Positions 1-10,550 are shown, counted from the first letter of the stretch. The stretch is DNA of 64,000 nt from an uncultured bacterium (GCA_964010765.1 CAXGMD010000003.1:1-64000); one strand, 5' to 3'. Notes: generated by a model from the letters alone, not told the origin. Numbers and translations: made by a program.

Positions 1-13
1 CTGACAAAGTCAG

Positions 14-1087
14 ATGCTCGCAGTAGCTGAAGCAGAACGGTATAGACAAACCCTGCAGCAGCTACAGGCAACACAGCAAAGACTGGGTTATCACAGCGAT
101 TGGTTGATTAGAGAAGGTGACTTCCCAAGTCTCCGTCTGGGTTTAGTACTCTCGACCTACCGCTGGAAAGCTTCTGAAGAGGCTTTGCTTCAGTACCTGA
201 GTCTGGGTGGAAATCTACTGATGCTAGATGCAACTACTGTCACGACGATTTCCAATCACCTTGGAGAGCTGCTCAACACACAAAACGTTCGTCGAGAGCA
301 TTGCTGGATCATTCTTCGGAGCACTAAGGATTCTGCTGAAAAACTAGCTCATGAACTTGGTGTCGGCTGGTGGGATATGGTTCTTGACAGCGGTGCAAAA
401 CCTAGCGGCAAGACAAACAGGGTACTTCCACAAAATCTCACTTGGCAAACACTGAAAAATGGTAATATTTCAAGCTGGTCTTCAGATCTACTCCTTGAAT
501 GCTTACAAGGCTGGCCTGATGCTCCGTTCGTCACAACTGCCACCTACAAACTTTTTAAAGAGAATCAGCAGAACCTGCGTGATTACCTCCAAGAGCTGTT
601 ACTATGTGAACTCAGAATTAATCTGCTTCAGCAACAAGTCGGTAGCACCTCGCGCTTCAGCCTGACCAATCCTTTGCAGAAGGCAATGCAGATTATTCAG
701 ACTCTCGCCGAATGGAATGATTACTTGGTCCACAGTTGGTATCCTGTTTTTCAGCATCAAACTCGGAAATTACAGCAACAGAGCCCTCAATCGCTCGAAC
801 AATCGAAAAGATTATTCAACCATTTTGAACGTGAACTGATGGGCTTGATGGGCCTTTTTGAAGAGACGCTACGTCAACGACATGCCTTGCTTCTGGCTAA
901 TTTTCTAGAAAAACAACAACAAAAACTGGCCGAAGATTTACCACCAGACTCACAGTTTATCCGCTGGCTACTGCGACAAGATCATGTTCAACGTCTCTGG
1001 CTTCCTGTGGGGCATTTGGATCAATTAACGGCAAGACTTGGATTGATGCGCCAACCTCTGCATGTTCCGCTTGCAGCACCCGTCTGA
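14..1087 (+). CDS. Hypothetical protein; alpha/beta N-terminus and helical, possibly degenerate hemerythrin-like C-terminus
   Basis: 357-aa ORF; in-frame TGA at 2-4 bounds the start; HFERE...RH...WLLRQDH pattern near the C-terminus. Confidence 0.6.
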   Translation: MLAVAEAERYRQTLQQLQATQQRLGYHSDWLIREGDFPSLRLGLVLSTYRWKASEEALLQYLSLGGNLLMLDATTVTTISNHLGELLNTQNVRREHCWIILRSTKDSAEKLAHELGVGWWDMVLDSGAKPSGKTNRVLPQNLTWQTLKNGNISSWSSDLLLECLQGWPDAPFVTTATYKLFKENQQNLRDYLQELLLCELRINLLQQQVGSTSRFSLTNPLQKAMQIIQTLAEWNDYLVHSWYPVFQHQTRKLQQQSPQSLEQSKRLFNHFERELMGLMGLFEETLRQRHALLLANFLEKQQQKLAEDLPPDSQFIRWLLRQDHVQRLWLPVGHLDQLTARLGLMRQPLHVPLAAPV

Positions 1088-1153
1088 TTGTGAGAATCTT
1101 CTCCTCTTGATAAAAAGTTTTAGAATCATTTCGATTTCATAGATCTATAGATC

Positions 1154-3133
1154 ATGGTTGACTCCCGACTGTTCTATCCACAGGGCACAGACAAATTACA
1201 TCAGGAATTTCTTGCAGATCCACTGCAACGAGTATCCTCCGTTGCCTACGCTTCGCTGGAAGAATTACCTCATACAACTGAGGGAACAACCTGTCTGATT
1301 GTTATGCGTAGCCGTGATCTTTTCCAGTGGCAATCCCATCTGACTCTTTATCTTCAGTCTGGTGGAGGAATCGTTGTTTTGGAGGAGGGACCAACCTTGG
1401 CTGCAGAACCGCCAGAACATCCTTCGATCGAATGGTACCCCCTAGCTTATTTGACACCCACGCGTTGGAATTTTCTACTACGTCAGTTTTTCAACCGCCT
1501 ACACGATAGAACTCGAACACATTCAAATGTCAGCAAATCGGATGAAATTCTCTCCGAGTTGAACGAACTTGGGATCGCTCTATCCAGCGAAAAAGATCTG
1601 GACAAGTTACTGCGTATGATCGCCGCGAAAGCGATGAAACTTACCAACGCAGATGGATGCAGCATCTACCTGATCGAACAGATTCCAGACACTCCTCACG
1701 AACAGAGCAACTATCTCGCTAACAAACAAATGCGTTTCCACAGCGCACTTAATCTTTCACGAGACACATCCCAACTGCAGGAGAAAGTTCTTCCTCTCGA
1801 CTTCAGCACGATCAATGCCTATGTGGCACGCACCAGCCAGTCGATTCGGATCGATGATGTGTACGAACTACATGATTCTAATCTGGTCTGGGGTGGTCGT
1901 GAATTCGATGAGCAGCAGTTCTATAAGACTCGCTCAATGCTTGCCGTTCCAATGTGCAATGAGCGTGGTGAGGTTCTTGGTGTGATCCAACTCATCAATT
2001 GCAAGATCGACGGAGATGCCGTTTTAAATACTGAAGAAGATGTTGACCAAATAGTCGTTCCGTTCAGTGATTACCACATGCGCTTAATGGAATCTCTGGC
2101 ATCTCAGGCAACGGTTGCGGTAAGAAATGCATCCTTATTAGAGTCTATCCAAATTCTATTCGACGGTTTCATCAATGCGAGCGTGAAAGCCATCGAATCT
2201 AGAGACCCAACGACTTCCGGACATTCAAGCCGAGTTGCTACGCTCACCGTAGCTCTAGCAGAGACGGTAAGTTCACTGTCCGAGGGACGTTTTGCTGATA
2301 TCAGCTACAACCCTGATCAATTCAACACGATTCGCTATGCCTCTCTCCTTCATGATTTTGGCAAAATTGGCGTACGTGAGAAAGTTCTGGTCAAATCTAA
2401 GAAACTTTATCCTGAAGAACAGCAAGCGGTCATGGATCGTTTCCGTTTGATCCGGATGGCGACCGAACTTCAATATACCCGTAAGCAACTGAATTACTTG
2501 CTGGAAGAATCTCAAGAAAACTCACTTCAACAAGTAGAGTTGACTCAACAAGAGATGAATGAACGACTTTTGCAATTGGATGATCAGCTAAAGTTCATCA
2601 TTCGATGCAACGAACCAACTGTTCTGGACCAGGGAGGATTTGATCAGTTGCAAGTCATAGCAGCACAAACCTTCCCACATCCTTCGACTGGCTTACCGGT
2701 TTCGTATCTTTCAGCAGATGAAGCAGCCTCGCTTTCTGTACCCAAAGGGTCCTTGAACCAACGGGATCGTGATGAAATCGAGTCACACGTCACGCACACT
2801 TATAATTTTCTAAGAATCATTCCTTGGTCAGAACACCTAGAGGATGTTCCAGACATTGCCTACGCACATCACGAAAAAATGAACGGCAAAGGCTACCCAC
2901 GCAAACTGTCTGGTGATGAAATTCCACTGCAATCAAAGATGATGACCATCGCTGACATCTACGATGCGCTAACTGCTTGGGATCGCCCGTACAAGAAAGC
3001 GATGCCTGCTGAACGGGCACTAAAAATTTTGGGCTTTGAAGCAAAAGACAATCATATTGATCCTGAATTACTTGAAATCTTCATCGGTGCTAGACTGTAT
3101 GATCTGGTGAAAAGACCGGAAGTCCAACACTGA
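1154..3133 (+). CDS. GAF + HD-GYP domain c-di-GMP phosphodiesterase
   Basis: GAF features (SMLAVPM...GVIQLIN); RDPTTSGHS, LLHDFGKIG, HHEKMNGKGYP, ADIYDALT...RPYK. Confidence 0.92.
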   Translation: MVDSRLFYPQGTDKLHQEFLADPLQRVSSVAYASLEELPHTTEGTTCLIVMRSRDLFQWQSHLTLYLQSGGGIVVLEEGPTLAAEPPEHPSIEWYPLAYLTPTRWNFLLRQFFNRLHDRTRTHSNVSKSDEILSELNELGIALSSEKDLDKLLRMIAAKAMKLTNADGCSIYLIEQIPDTPHEQSNYLANKQMRFHSALNLSRDTSQLQEKVLPLDFSTINAYVARTSQSIRIDDVYELHDSNLVWGGREFDEQQFYKTRSMLAVPMCNERGEVLGVIQLINCKIDGDAVLNTEEDVDQIVVPFSDYHMRLMESLASQATVAVRNASLLESIQILFDGFINASVKAIESRDPTTSGHSSRVATLTVALAETVSSLSEGRFADISYNPDQFNTIRYASLLHDFGKIGVREKVLVKSKKLYPEEQQAVMDRFRLIRMATELQYTRKQLNYLLEESQENSLQQVELTQQEMNERLLQLDDQLKFIIRCNEPTVLDQGGFDQLQVIAAQTFPHPSTGLPVSYLSADEAASLSVPKGSLNQRDRDEIESHVTHTYNFLRIIPWSEHLEDVPDIAYAHHEKMNGKGYPRKLSGDEIPLQSKMMTIADIYDALTAWDRPYKKAMPAERALKILGFEAKDNHIDPELLEIFIGARLYDLVKRPEVQH

Positions 3134-3155
3134 TTGCTCGAGCAACTATCTTTTT

Positions 3156-4493
3156 TTGAGTTTTCGAATGCCGCATTTATCGATCCTGCTGCTTCGGCAC
3201 AATGGAACAGGCATCACACACTTCCCTTTACGTCCTGTACCACTGGTCACCGCAGCCCTACTTGCATTAGGCTTATTCCTGTTTTTGGGTGGGATGGTTA
3301 TTTGGCAAAGTATTCAGTTGCATGAACAACAGCAATGGAATGCCCAACGCCAATTACAACAGATTCACATTCATGAAAGAATGGAGATTGCCGCCAGCCA
3401 AGCTGAGCGCGTTGAAGTCTTGGAAAACAGGGTTCAGGAACTGCGTGATCAACTGGCTACTTTGGAAACGCACTCCCAGAAGAAAAGTGCCACTCAGCAA
3501 AATCTTCTGTACCACATCCAACAGATCCATTCCCTAGCTTGTCAGCAGGGATCTTATCAATGTAGAGCGGTTCTGCTGGACACCAAAGTCCTTGAAGCAG
3601 ATCCTCTCAACTGGCTGAATATGATCAGCAAAGATTTTCACCACCTGACGCTGTCACAGAAAGCAAATCTGACTGTTCCGGTCAACTCAGAGTTGGTTCA
3701 AGAAGAGATTTGGGACTTAAAACAAAATTTGAATGCTGCTGAGCAGGAGCTAGCTGAATACGCCGTACTGATGCAGGCCCGTGAACAAGAGGTACGGCAA
3801 CTTACAGAAAAAATTCAAGAGATCACAGGTATTCGTTTGTTGGCAGAAGTCCCTGTGACTCCTGTCGAAAACGAGGGTGGCAAAGGTGGTCCCTTTCTCG
3901 AAGAATCTTTACTCCCAGTAGAAGAACCACAATTGGGTGCAGAGCCTCTGGATCCACGTGTGATTTTAGAACAAGAGTTAAGCTCCTATCATTCGACTCA
4001 TCATTCCTTAGAGCGACTCTATGAAGAAATCAGTGGTAATGAAATTCTCTGGCGGAGTACTCCGACGATTGCTCCAGTTGAAGACTCTTCAGTCAGTTCA
4101 CACTACGGCAGAAGACGTGACCCGTTCACTAATCTTCCAGCTTTCCATAGCGGCATAGATTTTTCAGGACCTGCTGGAACTCCAATCTATGCTCCAGCTG
4201 ATGGAATTGTCCGAAAAGCTGGACCCGCAGCCGGATATGGGCTGTTGGTAGAGCTTGATCATGGGTCTGGTATTTCGATAAAAAATTTCAAACCCACTGA
4301 TTACATGACACGCTACGGTCACTTGTCCCGTCTAGCGGTACAAGCAAACCAATTCATTCAGCGTGGAGAACTACTCGGCTACACTGGTAATACAGGGCGT
4401 AGCACAAGTTCACACCTACATTATGAAATCCACGCGAACAAACGACCGATTAATCCTTGGCGAAATCTGTCGCACTTCTCGATTTCTCGCTAA
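3156..4493 (+). CDS. M23 family metallopeptidase with N-terminal TM anchor and coiled coil (start may be ATG 3168)
   Basis: HSGID (HxxxD), YGHL, GNTGRST..HLHYE (HxH) zinc motifs. Confidence 0.9.
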   Translation: MSFRMPHLSILLLRHNGTGITHFPLRPVPLVTAALLALGLFLFLGGMVIWQSIQLHEQQQWNAQRQLQQIHIHERMEIAASQAERVEVLENRVQELRDQLATLETHSQKKSATQQNLLYHIQQIHSLACQQGSYQCRAVLLDTKVLEADPLNWLNMISKDFHHLTLSQKANLTVPVNSELVQEEIWDLKQNLNAAEQELAEYAVLMQAREQEVRQLTEKIQEITGIRLLAEVPVTPVENEGGKGGPFLEESLLPVEEPQLGAEPLDPRVILEQELSSYHSTHHSLERLYEEISGNEILWRSTPTIAPVEDSSVSSHYGRRRDPFTNLPAFHSGIDFSGPAGTPIYAPADGIVRKAGPAAGYGLLVELDHGSGISIKNFKPTDYMTRYGHLSRLAVQANQFIQRGELLGYTGNTGRSTSSHLHYEIHANKRPINPWRNLSHFSISR

Positions 4494-4748
4494 CTTTTGG
4501 ATCCAAATTGGCTTTTTCTTCTCCCTCTCTAGTAAACGATGACTCGCCTAGAAAAATCAGATTGTTTTCATATTCTGGCAGAACAGCGAATCCTTCCATA
4601 CCCATCACCGAAAAATATTAAACTAAGGTCTTGCAGCTAAGCCAAAAAAATGTTTTTCAGTGTGGCAGTCCTTTAGAACTAAATTGAATCTTCCTCAAAC
4701 GGTGTGGTTTTGATTTCACTTCCGTACTTAATCGATAACTGGAGTATC

Positions 4749-5516
4749 ATGCGATCCTATCCGATCTCACTGCGACTAGGTATTAGCACTCTCGTGCTGG
4801 GAACCTTATTCTTATTACTTTCTCCACTGAACTCTTTTGCGATCTTCCCGATCTCTACTGAACCAAAAGAACAGCCCATCGCCTTCAGCCACAAACTACA
4901 TGTTGGCCAGAATGGCATTGCTTGCCAATACTGCCATCTTTATGCTCGGCGATCACATTCTTCCGGAATACCACCTGTAAGTACCTGCGTTGGTTGTCAT
5001 GGTCCTCATGGACAAGAGTTGGTACAAGCTGAGCACCCAGAAGTAGACAAAATGCGTGATCTCTGGGCAAAAGGAGAATCCATTCCCTGGGTAAAGCTTC
5101 ATGACATCCCAGACTTTGTCCGCTTTCCTCACAAACAACACATCAATGCAGATGCTGCCCGCTTCATAGATGGTGCGGGCAACGGCTGTGACCTGAATGC
5201 AGATCCTCGCTCCTTATCCTGTAGGGTGATGCTATTTCGAAATGGAGGGGACCAGCGCTGTCAGTCCTGTCATGGAAGTGTGCAGGAGATGGAAGTTGCC
5301 CATGTGGTAGATCAGAATTTTGGTGGGATGGGGTGGTGCATGCAGTGCCACTTACAAGTGGAAGGGGCCATTGAGCGTAAGCGCGCTATGAGCACAATGG
5401 CAGGATGGAACAATGCCAAAGATAACGATGCCCGAAGAGAAGCTCAAGCATACCTAGTCAATGAGCGAAACCACCATAACCCCAACATGCTCGACTGCTA
5501 CACATGCCACTATTGA
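4749..5516 (+). CDS. actA: Alternative complex III pentaheme cytochrome c subunit ActA
   Basis: QPIAFSHKLH and five CxxCH motifs (CQYCH, CVGCH, CQSCH, CMQCH, CYTCH); GGAG at 4741-4744 favours ATG 4749 over the track start 4704. Confidence 0.92.
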   Translation: MRSYPISLRLGISTLVLGTLFLLLSPLNSFAIFPISTEPKEQPIAFSHKLHVGQNGIACQYCHLYARRSHSSGIPPVSTCVGCHGPHGQELVQAEHPEVDKMRDLWAKGESIPWVKLHDIPDFVRFPHKQHINADAARFIDGAGNGCDLNADPRSLSCRVMLFRNGGDQRCQSCHGSVQEMEVAHVVDQNFGGMGWCMQCHLQVEGAIERKRAMSTMAGWNNAKDNDARREAQAYLVNERNHHNPNMLDCYTCHY

Positions 5517-5537
5517 TTGACCTATAGGAGTTGATAT

Positions 5538-8525
5538 ATGAAAAAAGGCCTAAGTCGACGTAATCTCTTCAAATTCATGGCAATAGGTGGAACAACTGCT
5601 GTAGCAGCTGGTTGTGAACAAAAACCAGAAAAGATCATTCCAGCTTTGATTCCACCTGTCGACTTCGAATACATGCCAAATACTGGCTATCAGTATATGA
5701 CTACCTGTCGAGAGTGTGATGCTGCTTGTGGGATGATGATCACTGCTCGCGAATACAGAGCTCAAAAAGCGGAAGGGAACCCAAACCACCCTCATAACCA
5801 AGGGGCGCTCTGTGCAAGAGGCCAAGCCTCCCTACAGACTCTGTACAATCCAGAACGACATGCTCGGCCCACTTCTGGGGGTAACAACGTTTCTTGGGAA
5901 GATGCTCAGAGTGAATTTGTAAATCTGGTACAACAATCTGCAGGTCAGATTGTCTACCTTGGTAGACCTGCTGTTGGTAGCGAAGGTAACTTTATCGACA
6001 ATTGGCTAAATGAAGTCGGTGGTGGAAAGCGTATTGCCTTCAATCTCATCAGTCGCGCCTCAGAGCAACGTGCTTGCGAGATTGCCTTTGGAAGAAGTGA
6101 TCTTCCAGACTACGCTTTTGAAAATGCTGAATTACTAGTCAACTTCGGTGCAGATTTCATCGAAACTTGGGGCAATACTGTGCAAAATGCTCGGCGCTTT
6201 GCCGACATGCACGCCTACAATGATGGAAAGAAAAACCGATATGTCCACGTTGGCCCTCATCAGTCACTAAGTGGAGCAAGAGCTGACGAATGGTTGTCAG
6301 CCAACCCCGGCACAGAAGCGATGATTGCTCTGGCCATGGCCCACGCTATTCATCAGCGTGATCCCCGTCATGACTTTCTGAGTGATTACCTATCTCCCTA
6401 CTCACCGGAACTTGTTGCTGGTGAGACTGGTATCTCAGCAGAAAAAATCCAAACTCTCGCCGAAGAATTCCATCAGGCTTCCTCTCTTGCGGTAGCTGGA
6501 GGTACCTGGAATAGCAGTGAGCAGGCAACAGCTACACATATTGCTGTGTTCATCCTGAACGCAGCAGCGGGTAATCTTGGCAAAACTCTAAGATTTCATG
6601 AATCTGAACAACCGAGCGAAGACACCTCTCACAGTCAAATCTTACAATTATTGTCGGATCTCAATGCTGGGAAAGTCAAATTACTAATCGTTGATGATTC
6701 AAATCCCCTGCATACCTTGCCAGCAAGTCTTGGATTCGCACAAGCAATGAAAAAGACTAAGGTCGTTGCTCTTGCTGCAGGTAAAAATGAAACTAACCAG
6801 CAGGCAACCTTAGTGCTCCCGGCCCTCACTGCTTACGAAAGCTGGGGAGATGCCATACCAAGTCCTGGCATATTCAGCATTCAGCAACCGGTGATGGCTC
6901 CTGTCAACACGTTTGATGCACGAGCCCGTGAAGATGTGATGATCGCTGCAGCAAAGCAGATCAATCCACAGGCTTTTGCCGAAATCACGAATTATCGTGA
7001 TTATATCTATGAACGCTGGGCTCAAGTTCATCAAAGTCGTTACTTTGGTCCATTTGAGAACTTTTGGATCAAGACTCTGGAAAATGGAGGAGTTTTTGAG
7101 GCACCACGCTGGAGCAGCGCAATCAGCCTACAAAATGAGGTAACCGGTGTTGCTTATCAGGTACCATCTCTTGGAGGAAGCGGTTTAGCACTCATTCCAG
7201 CACCTTCTGTCTTCCACTTCGACGGTAGCGGAGCAAACAAGCCTTGGTTGCAGGAAACACCGCATCCAATCAGCCAAATAGTTTGGGACTCTTGGGCTGA
7301 ACTCCATCCTGACACAGCCAAACAACTAGGCATTAAGGAGCGAAGTGTTGTTGAAATTCGTACACCACAAGGCAGCCTGAACGCTACTGTATACCTTAGC
7401 TACGGAATTCACCGAGAAGCTGTTGCCATTCCGATTGGCCAAGGACATACATCAAGTGGCATTGTAGCGGACGGTTTTGGCATCAACGTAATGAACCTGT
7501 TGCCTGCTAAGACTGATACCCAAACCGGCAATCTAGCATTCGTCAGCACGAAGGCAGAAGTAGTGCCGACCGCTATCAAGTCTTATACTGTCAATCTGGA
7601 CGGTAACCCACGTCAGTTGGGTCGCGACATTGCTGCAGCTACAACGGTAGCAGCTCTGACTAGTGACAAAGCAGGCCACGGAGGGGGACATCATCGTCCG
7701 AAGGAAATTGTTGAATTCTATCCGGATCGTTCTGAGACTGCGACCTACTATAAGCCCTACCGCTGGGGGATGACAGTCGACTTGGATCGCTGTAACGGCT
7801 GTAGTGCCTGTGTTGTAGCTTGCTACGCAGAAAACAACATCCCTGTAGTCGGTAAAGAGCGCGCTGCAGTTGGCCGCGAAATGTCCTGGATTCGAATGGA
7901 GCGCTACCTTGAAGGCTATCAGGATGAAACCGAAACACGCTTTGCACCAGTTATGTGCCAACAGTGTAGCAACGCTGGTTGTGAACCTGTCTGCCCGGTC
8001 TATGCGACCTATCATAATCCAGAGGGACTCAACGCAATGATCTACAATCGTTGTGTCGGAACACGCTATTGCTCGAATAACTGCATTTATAAGGCTCGAA
8101 GATACAACTGGTTTGACTATGAGTTCCCGGCTCCACTAGATCAGCAACTGAACTCGAGCATCACTACTCGAGCAGTGGGAGTAATGGAAAAATGCAATTT
8201 CTGCGTACATCGTTTGACAGAGGCTAAGTATGCAGCACGCGATCTAGATAGAGATGTACAAGATGGTGAAGTCGTAACTGCCTGCCAGCAGACCTGCCCA
8301 ACCAAAGCCATTACATTTGGCAACCTAGCTGACCCAAACAGCAAAGTATCACAACTAGCCAAGAGAAAGCCGGATCTACTCGCTGATCCCGACAAAGAAA
8401 ATCGTGATCGCCAGTATGAGATTTTCCCAGAAATGAACTACAAGCCTGCGGTGACCTATTTGCGCAAGGTCAACCACAAAGAGGTCGCAGGCTTGTATGG
8501 TAACGAACACGGCGCGGCTCACTGA
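5538..8525 (+). CDS. actB: Alternative complex III subunit ActB (molybdopterin-oxidoreductase-like domain fused to Fe-S domain), Tat lipoprotein
   Basis: SRRNLFK Tat motif, VAAGC lipobox, DGSGANKPWLQE, Fe-S motifs CNGCSACVVAC, CQQC..CEPVCP, CVGTRYCSNNC, CNFC..CQQTCP; AGGAG SD. Confidence 0.95.
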   Translation: MKKGLSRRNLFKFMAIGGTTAVAAGCEQKPEKIIPALIPPVDFEYMPNTGYQYMTTCRECDAACGMMITAREYRAQKAEGNPNHPHNQGALCARGQASLQTLYNPERHARPTSGGNNVSWEDAQSEFVNLVQQSAGQIVYLGRPAVGSEGNFIDNWLNEVGGGKRIAFNLISRASEQRACEIAFGRSDLPDYAFENAELLVNFGADFIETWGNTVQNARRFADMHAYNDGKKNRYVHVGPHQSLSGARADEWLSANPGTEAMIALAMAHAIHQRDPRHDFLSDYLSPYSPELVAGETGISAEKIQTLAEEFHQASSLAVAGGTWNSSEQATATHIAVFILNAAAGNLGKTLRFHESEQPSEDTSHSQILQLLSDLNAGKVKLLIVDDSNPLHTLPASLGFAQAMKKTKVVALAAGKNETNQQATLVLPALTAYESWGDAIPSPGIFSIQQPVMAPVNTFDARAREDVMIAAAKQINPQAFAEITNYRDYIYERWAQVHQSRYFGPFENFWIKTLENGGVFEAPRWSSAISLQNEVTGVAYQVPSLGGSGLALIPAPSVFHFDGSGANKPWLQETPHPISQIVWDSWAELHPDTAKQLGIKERSVVEIRTPQGSLNATVYLSYGIHREAVAIPIGQGHTSSGIVADGFGINVMNLLPAKTDTQTGNLAFVSTKAEVVPTAIKSYTVNLDGNPRQLGRDIAAATTVAALTSDKAGHGGGHHRPKEIVEFYPDRSETATYYKPYRWGMTVDLDRCNGCSACVVACYAENNIPVVGKERAAVGREMSWIRMERYLEGYQDETETRFAPVMCQQCSNAGCEPVCPVYATYHNPEGLNAMIYNRCVGTRYCSNNCIYKARRYNWFDYEFPAPLDQQLNSSITTRAVGVMEKCNFCVHRLTEAKYAARDLDRDVQDGEVVTACQQTCPTKAITFGNLADPNSKVSQLAKRKPDLLADPDKENRDRQYEIFPEMNYKPAVTYLRKVNHKEVAGLYGNEHGAAH

Positions 8526-8557
8526 GCCACAGCTTACTCTCAAAACAGGAGATATTA

Positions 8558-10036
8558 ATGGCTTCCACAACGATTGGGGGAACGGTAACGGAAACCTCAA
8601 GTAATCGTCCTTTTCGCGAAGAAATCGACGAGCACAAGGGGCACCCCGGTATTCGGGCAACCACCTTCAATTATGCCCGGATCAATGATGATATGGTAGA
8701 GATGCTCGAAAAACCGCATCCTTCCTACTTCCTACTTGTTTTGGGTTTCCTCTCCGCTCTGCTACTTGGTGCAGTCAGCCTAGCGATACAAGTTGATGTT
8801 GGAATTGGGAATAGCGGGATCAGCCACCCCATCGCCTGGGGCTTCTACATCACTGATTTCGTTTTTTGGATTGGCATCGGCCACGCAGGAACCCTGATCT
8901 CGGCTGTCTTCTACTTGACTCGAGCACCATGGAGAACTGCAATTTATCGTAGTGCTGAGGCAATGACTGTCTTTGCTGTAATGACAGCGGGGTTGTTCCC
9001 ACTCCTTCACACTGGTCGCCCTTGGTTAGCATATTGGCTGATTCCTTATCCGAATGAGCGCTACCTCTGGGTGAACTTCAAATCTCCCCTAGCTTGGGAT
9101 GTTTTCGCGGTTACGACCTACATGTCTGTTTCTATAATGTTCTTCCTGCTGGGACTAGTTCCTGATATGGCAATCATGCGAGATGAAGCCAAAAGGAGAG
9201 GCAAGATGCTGCAGGCTAAAATCTATGCTATCTTTGCAATGAGTTGGCGTGGAACGAATCACCAGTGGGTCCACTTTATGCGGGGCTACTTGATTTTTGC
9301 AGCTTTGGCGACACCCTTGGTTTTCTCAGTCCACTCTATCGTGTCTTGGGACTTTGCAATGGCATCGATTCCTGGCTGGCACACCACAATCTTTGCACCC
9401 TACTTTGTTGCAGGGGCAATTTTCTCTGGACTGGCAATGGTAATGACTGTGCTCATTCCAGTAAGGGTGGTGTTCCGATTGGAGGACTACATCAGCTACC
9501 ACGTAGTCAACAAAGTTTGTCAGGTGATCCTGTTCACCTCGATGATTGTAGGGTATGCCTATGCGACCGAGTTCTTCATCGCTTGGTACAGTGGTAGTCC
9601 CTATGAACGTGCCGTCTTCTACTTCAGGCCATTTGGACACATGGCCACTTGGTCACTCACCGGTGATCAACCCGTCTCTTTTCCACTTTTAGCCTTCTAC
9701 TTGATGGTCTTCTGTAACGTCATCGCCCCCATTCCTCTGTGGCGTAAAAAAGTTCGCAATAACTTGGTCGCAGTTTGGATCATTTGTGGTCTGATCAACG
9801 TCGGTATGTGGTTTGAGCGATTCAATATAGTTGGTAGCTCACTGCAGCGTGATTTTCATCCATACAACTGGGGAGAATACTGGCCAACTTTGGTGGAAGT
9901 CGGTATCACAATCGGAAGCTTCGGCTTCTTCTTCATGCTGTTTAGTCTATTCGTAAAAGCTTTACCGCCGATGGCAATCATGGAATTGAAAGAGGCAGCT
10001 GAGCCTCCAATGAGAAAGGAACATCATGAGCACTAA
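8558..10036 (+). CDS. actC: Alternative complex III quinol-binding membrane subunit ActC (NrfD/PsrC family)
   Basis: FVFWIGIGHAGTLISA, HTGRPW, SPLAWD, SVHSIVSWDFA, GWHTTIF, GMWFERF. Confidence 0.95.
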   Translation: MASTTIGGTVTETSSNRPFREEIDEHKGHPGIRATTFNYARINDDMVEMLEKPHPSYFLLVLGFLSALLLGAVSLAIQVDVGIGNSGISHPIAWGFYITDFVFWIGIGHAGTLISAVFYLTRAPWRTAIYRSAEAMTVFAVMTAGLFPLLHTGRPWLAYWLIPYPNERYLWVNFKSPLAWDVFAVTTYMSVSIMFFLLGLVPDMAIMRDEAKRRGKMLQAKIYAIFAMSWRGTNHQWVHFMRGYLIFAALATPLVFSVHSIVSWDFAMASIPGWHTTIFAPYFVAGAIFSGLAMVMTVLIPVRVVFRLEDYISYHVVNKVCQVILFTSMIVGYAYATEFFIAWYSGSPYERAVFYFRPFGHMATWSLTGDQPVSFPLLAFYLMVFCNVIAPIPLWRKKVRNNLVAVWIICGLINVGMWFERFNIVGSSLQRDFHPYNWGEYWPTLVEVGITIGSFGFFFMLFSLFVKALPPMAIMELKEAAEPPMRKEHHEH

Positions 10037-10550
10037 GTTCTCAGGAGTCTGGGGAACTTTTGAATACCTAGATGACACTACAGAAGCAATTGAAGAATTG
10101 AGAAAAAAAGGTGTTGAGCCGACCGTACTTTCACCCTGTCCTCGTCATGAAATCGATCATGCGTTGGGTGAACCGCAGAGTCCCGTTCCGTTTATCTCTC
10201 TCTTTTTCGGAGCGCTAGGCTGCCTGATTGGCTACAGCCTACCAGCTTGGACCGCTTCGGATTGGGTACTTCCTGTGGGAGGAAAGCCGATTGTGGCGAT
10301 TGCACCATTCACTGTCATCGGGTTTGAGATGACAATTCTTCATGCCGCCATTTTTACACTGCTTGGGTTGACGATTTTGATCATTATCGACTCACTAAAA
10401 AATCCAATTCCTAAAGCAGCTCAAGAGTACTTACGCTTCCAGCGAGATCGCTTCGGAATCGTCGTGCGCTGTGAAGCTTCGCAATACACACTCTACGAAG
10501 ATTTGTTAAAAAAATATCAAGCAGAGGAGGTTTATGTTGAGAAAGGCTAA
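10026..10550 (+). CDS. actD: Alternative complex III subunit ActD (DUF3341)
   Basis: SPCP, two TM helices, VGGKP...F..FE.TIL; position in the operon. Confidence 0.9.
   Translation: MSTKFSGVWGTFEYLDDTTEAIEELRKKGVEPTVLSPCPRHEIDHALGEPQSPVPFISLFFGALGCLIGYSLPAWTASDWVLPVGGKPIVAIAPFTVIGFEMTILHAAIFTLLGLTILIIIDSLKNPIPKAAQEYLRFQRDRFGIVVRCEASQYTLYEDLLKKYQAEEVYVEKG

Noticed and set aside
1142..1153. 12-bp palindrome GATCTATAGATC just before the HD-GYP start
   Set aside because: Single copy; a few such palindromes are expected by chance in 64 kb
5538..8525. ActB as an active molybdoenzyme (nitrate, DMSO or polysulfide reductase)
   Set aside because: The actA-F context and the DGxxANxxWLQE signature match cofactor-less ActB
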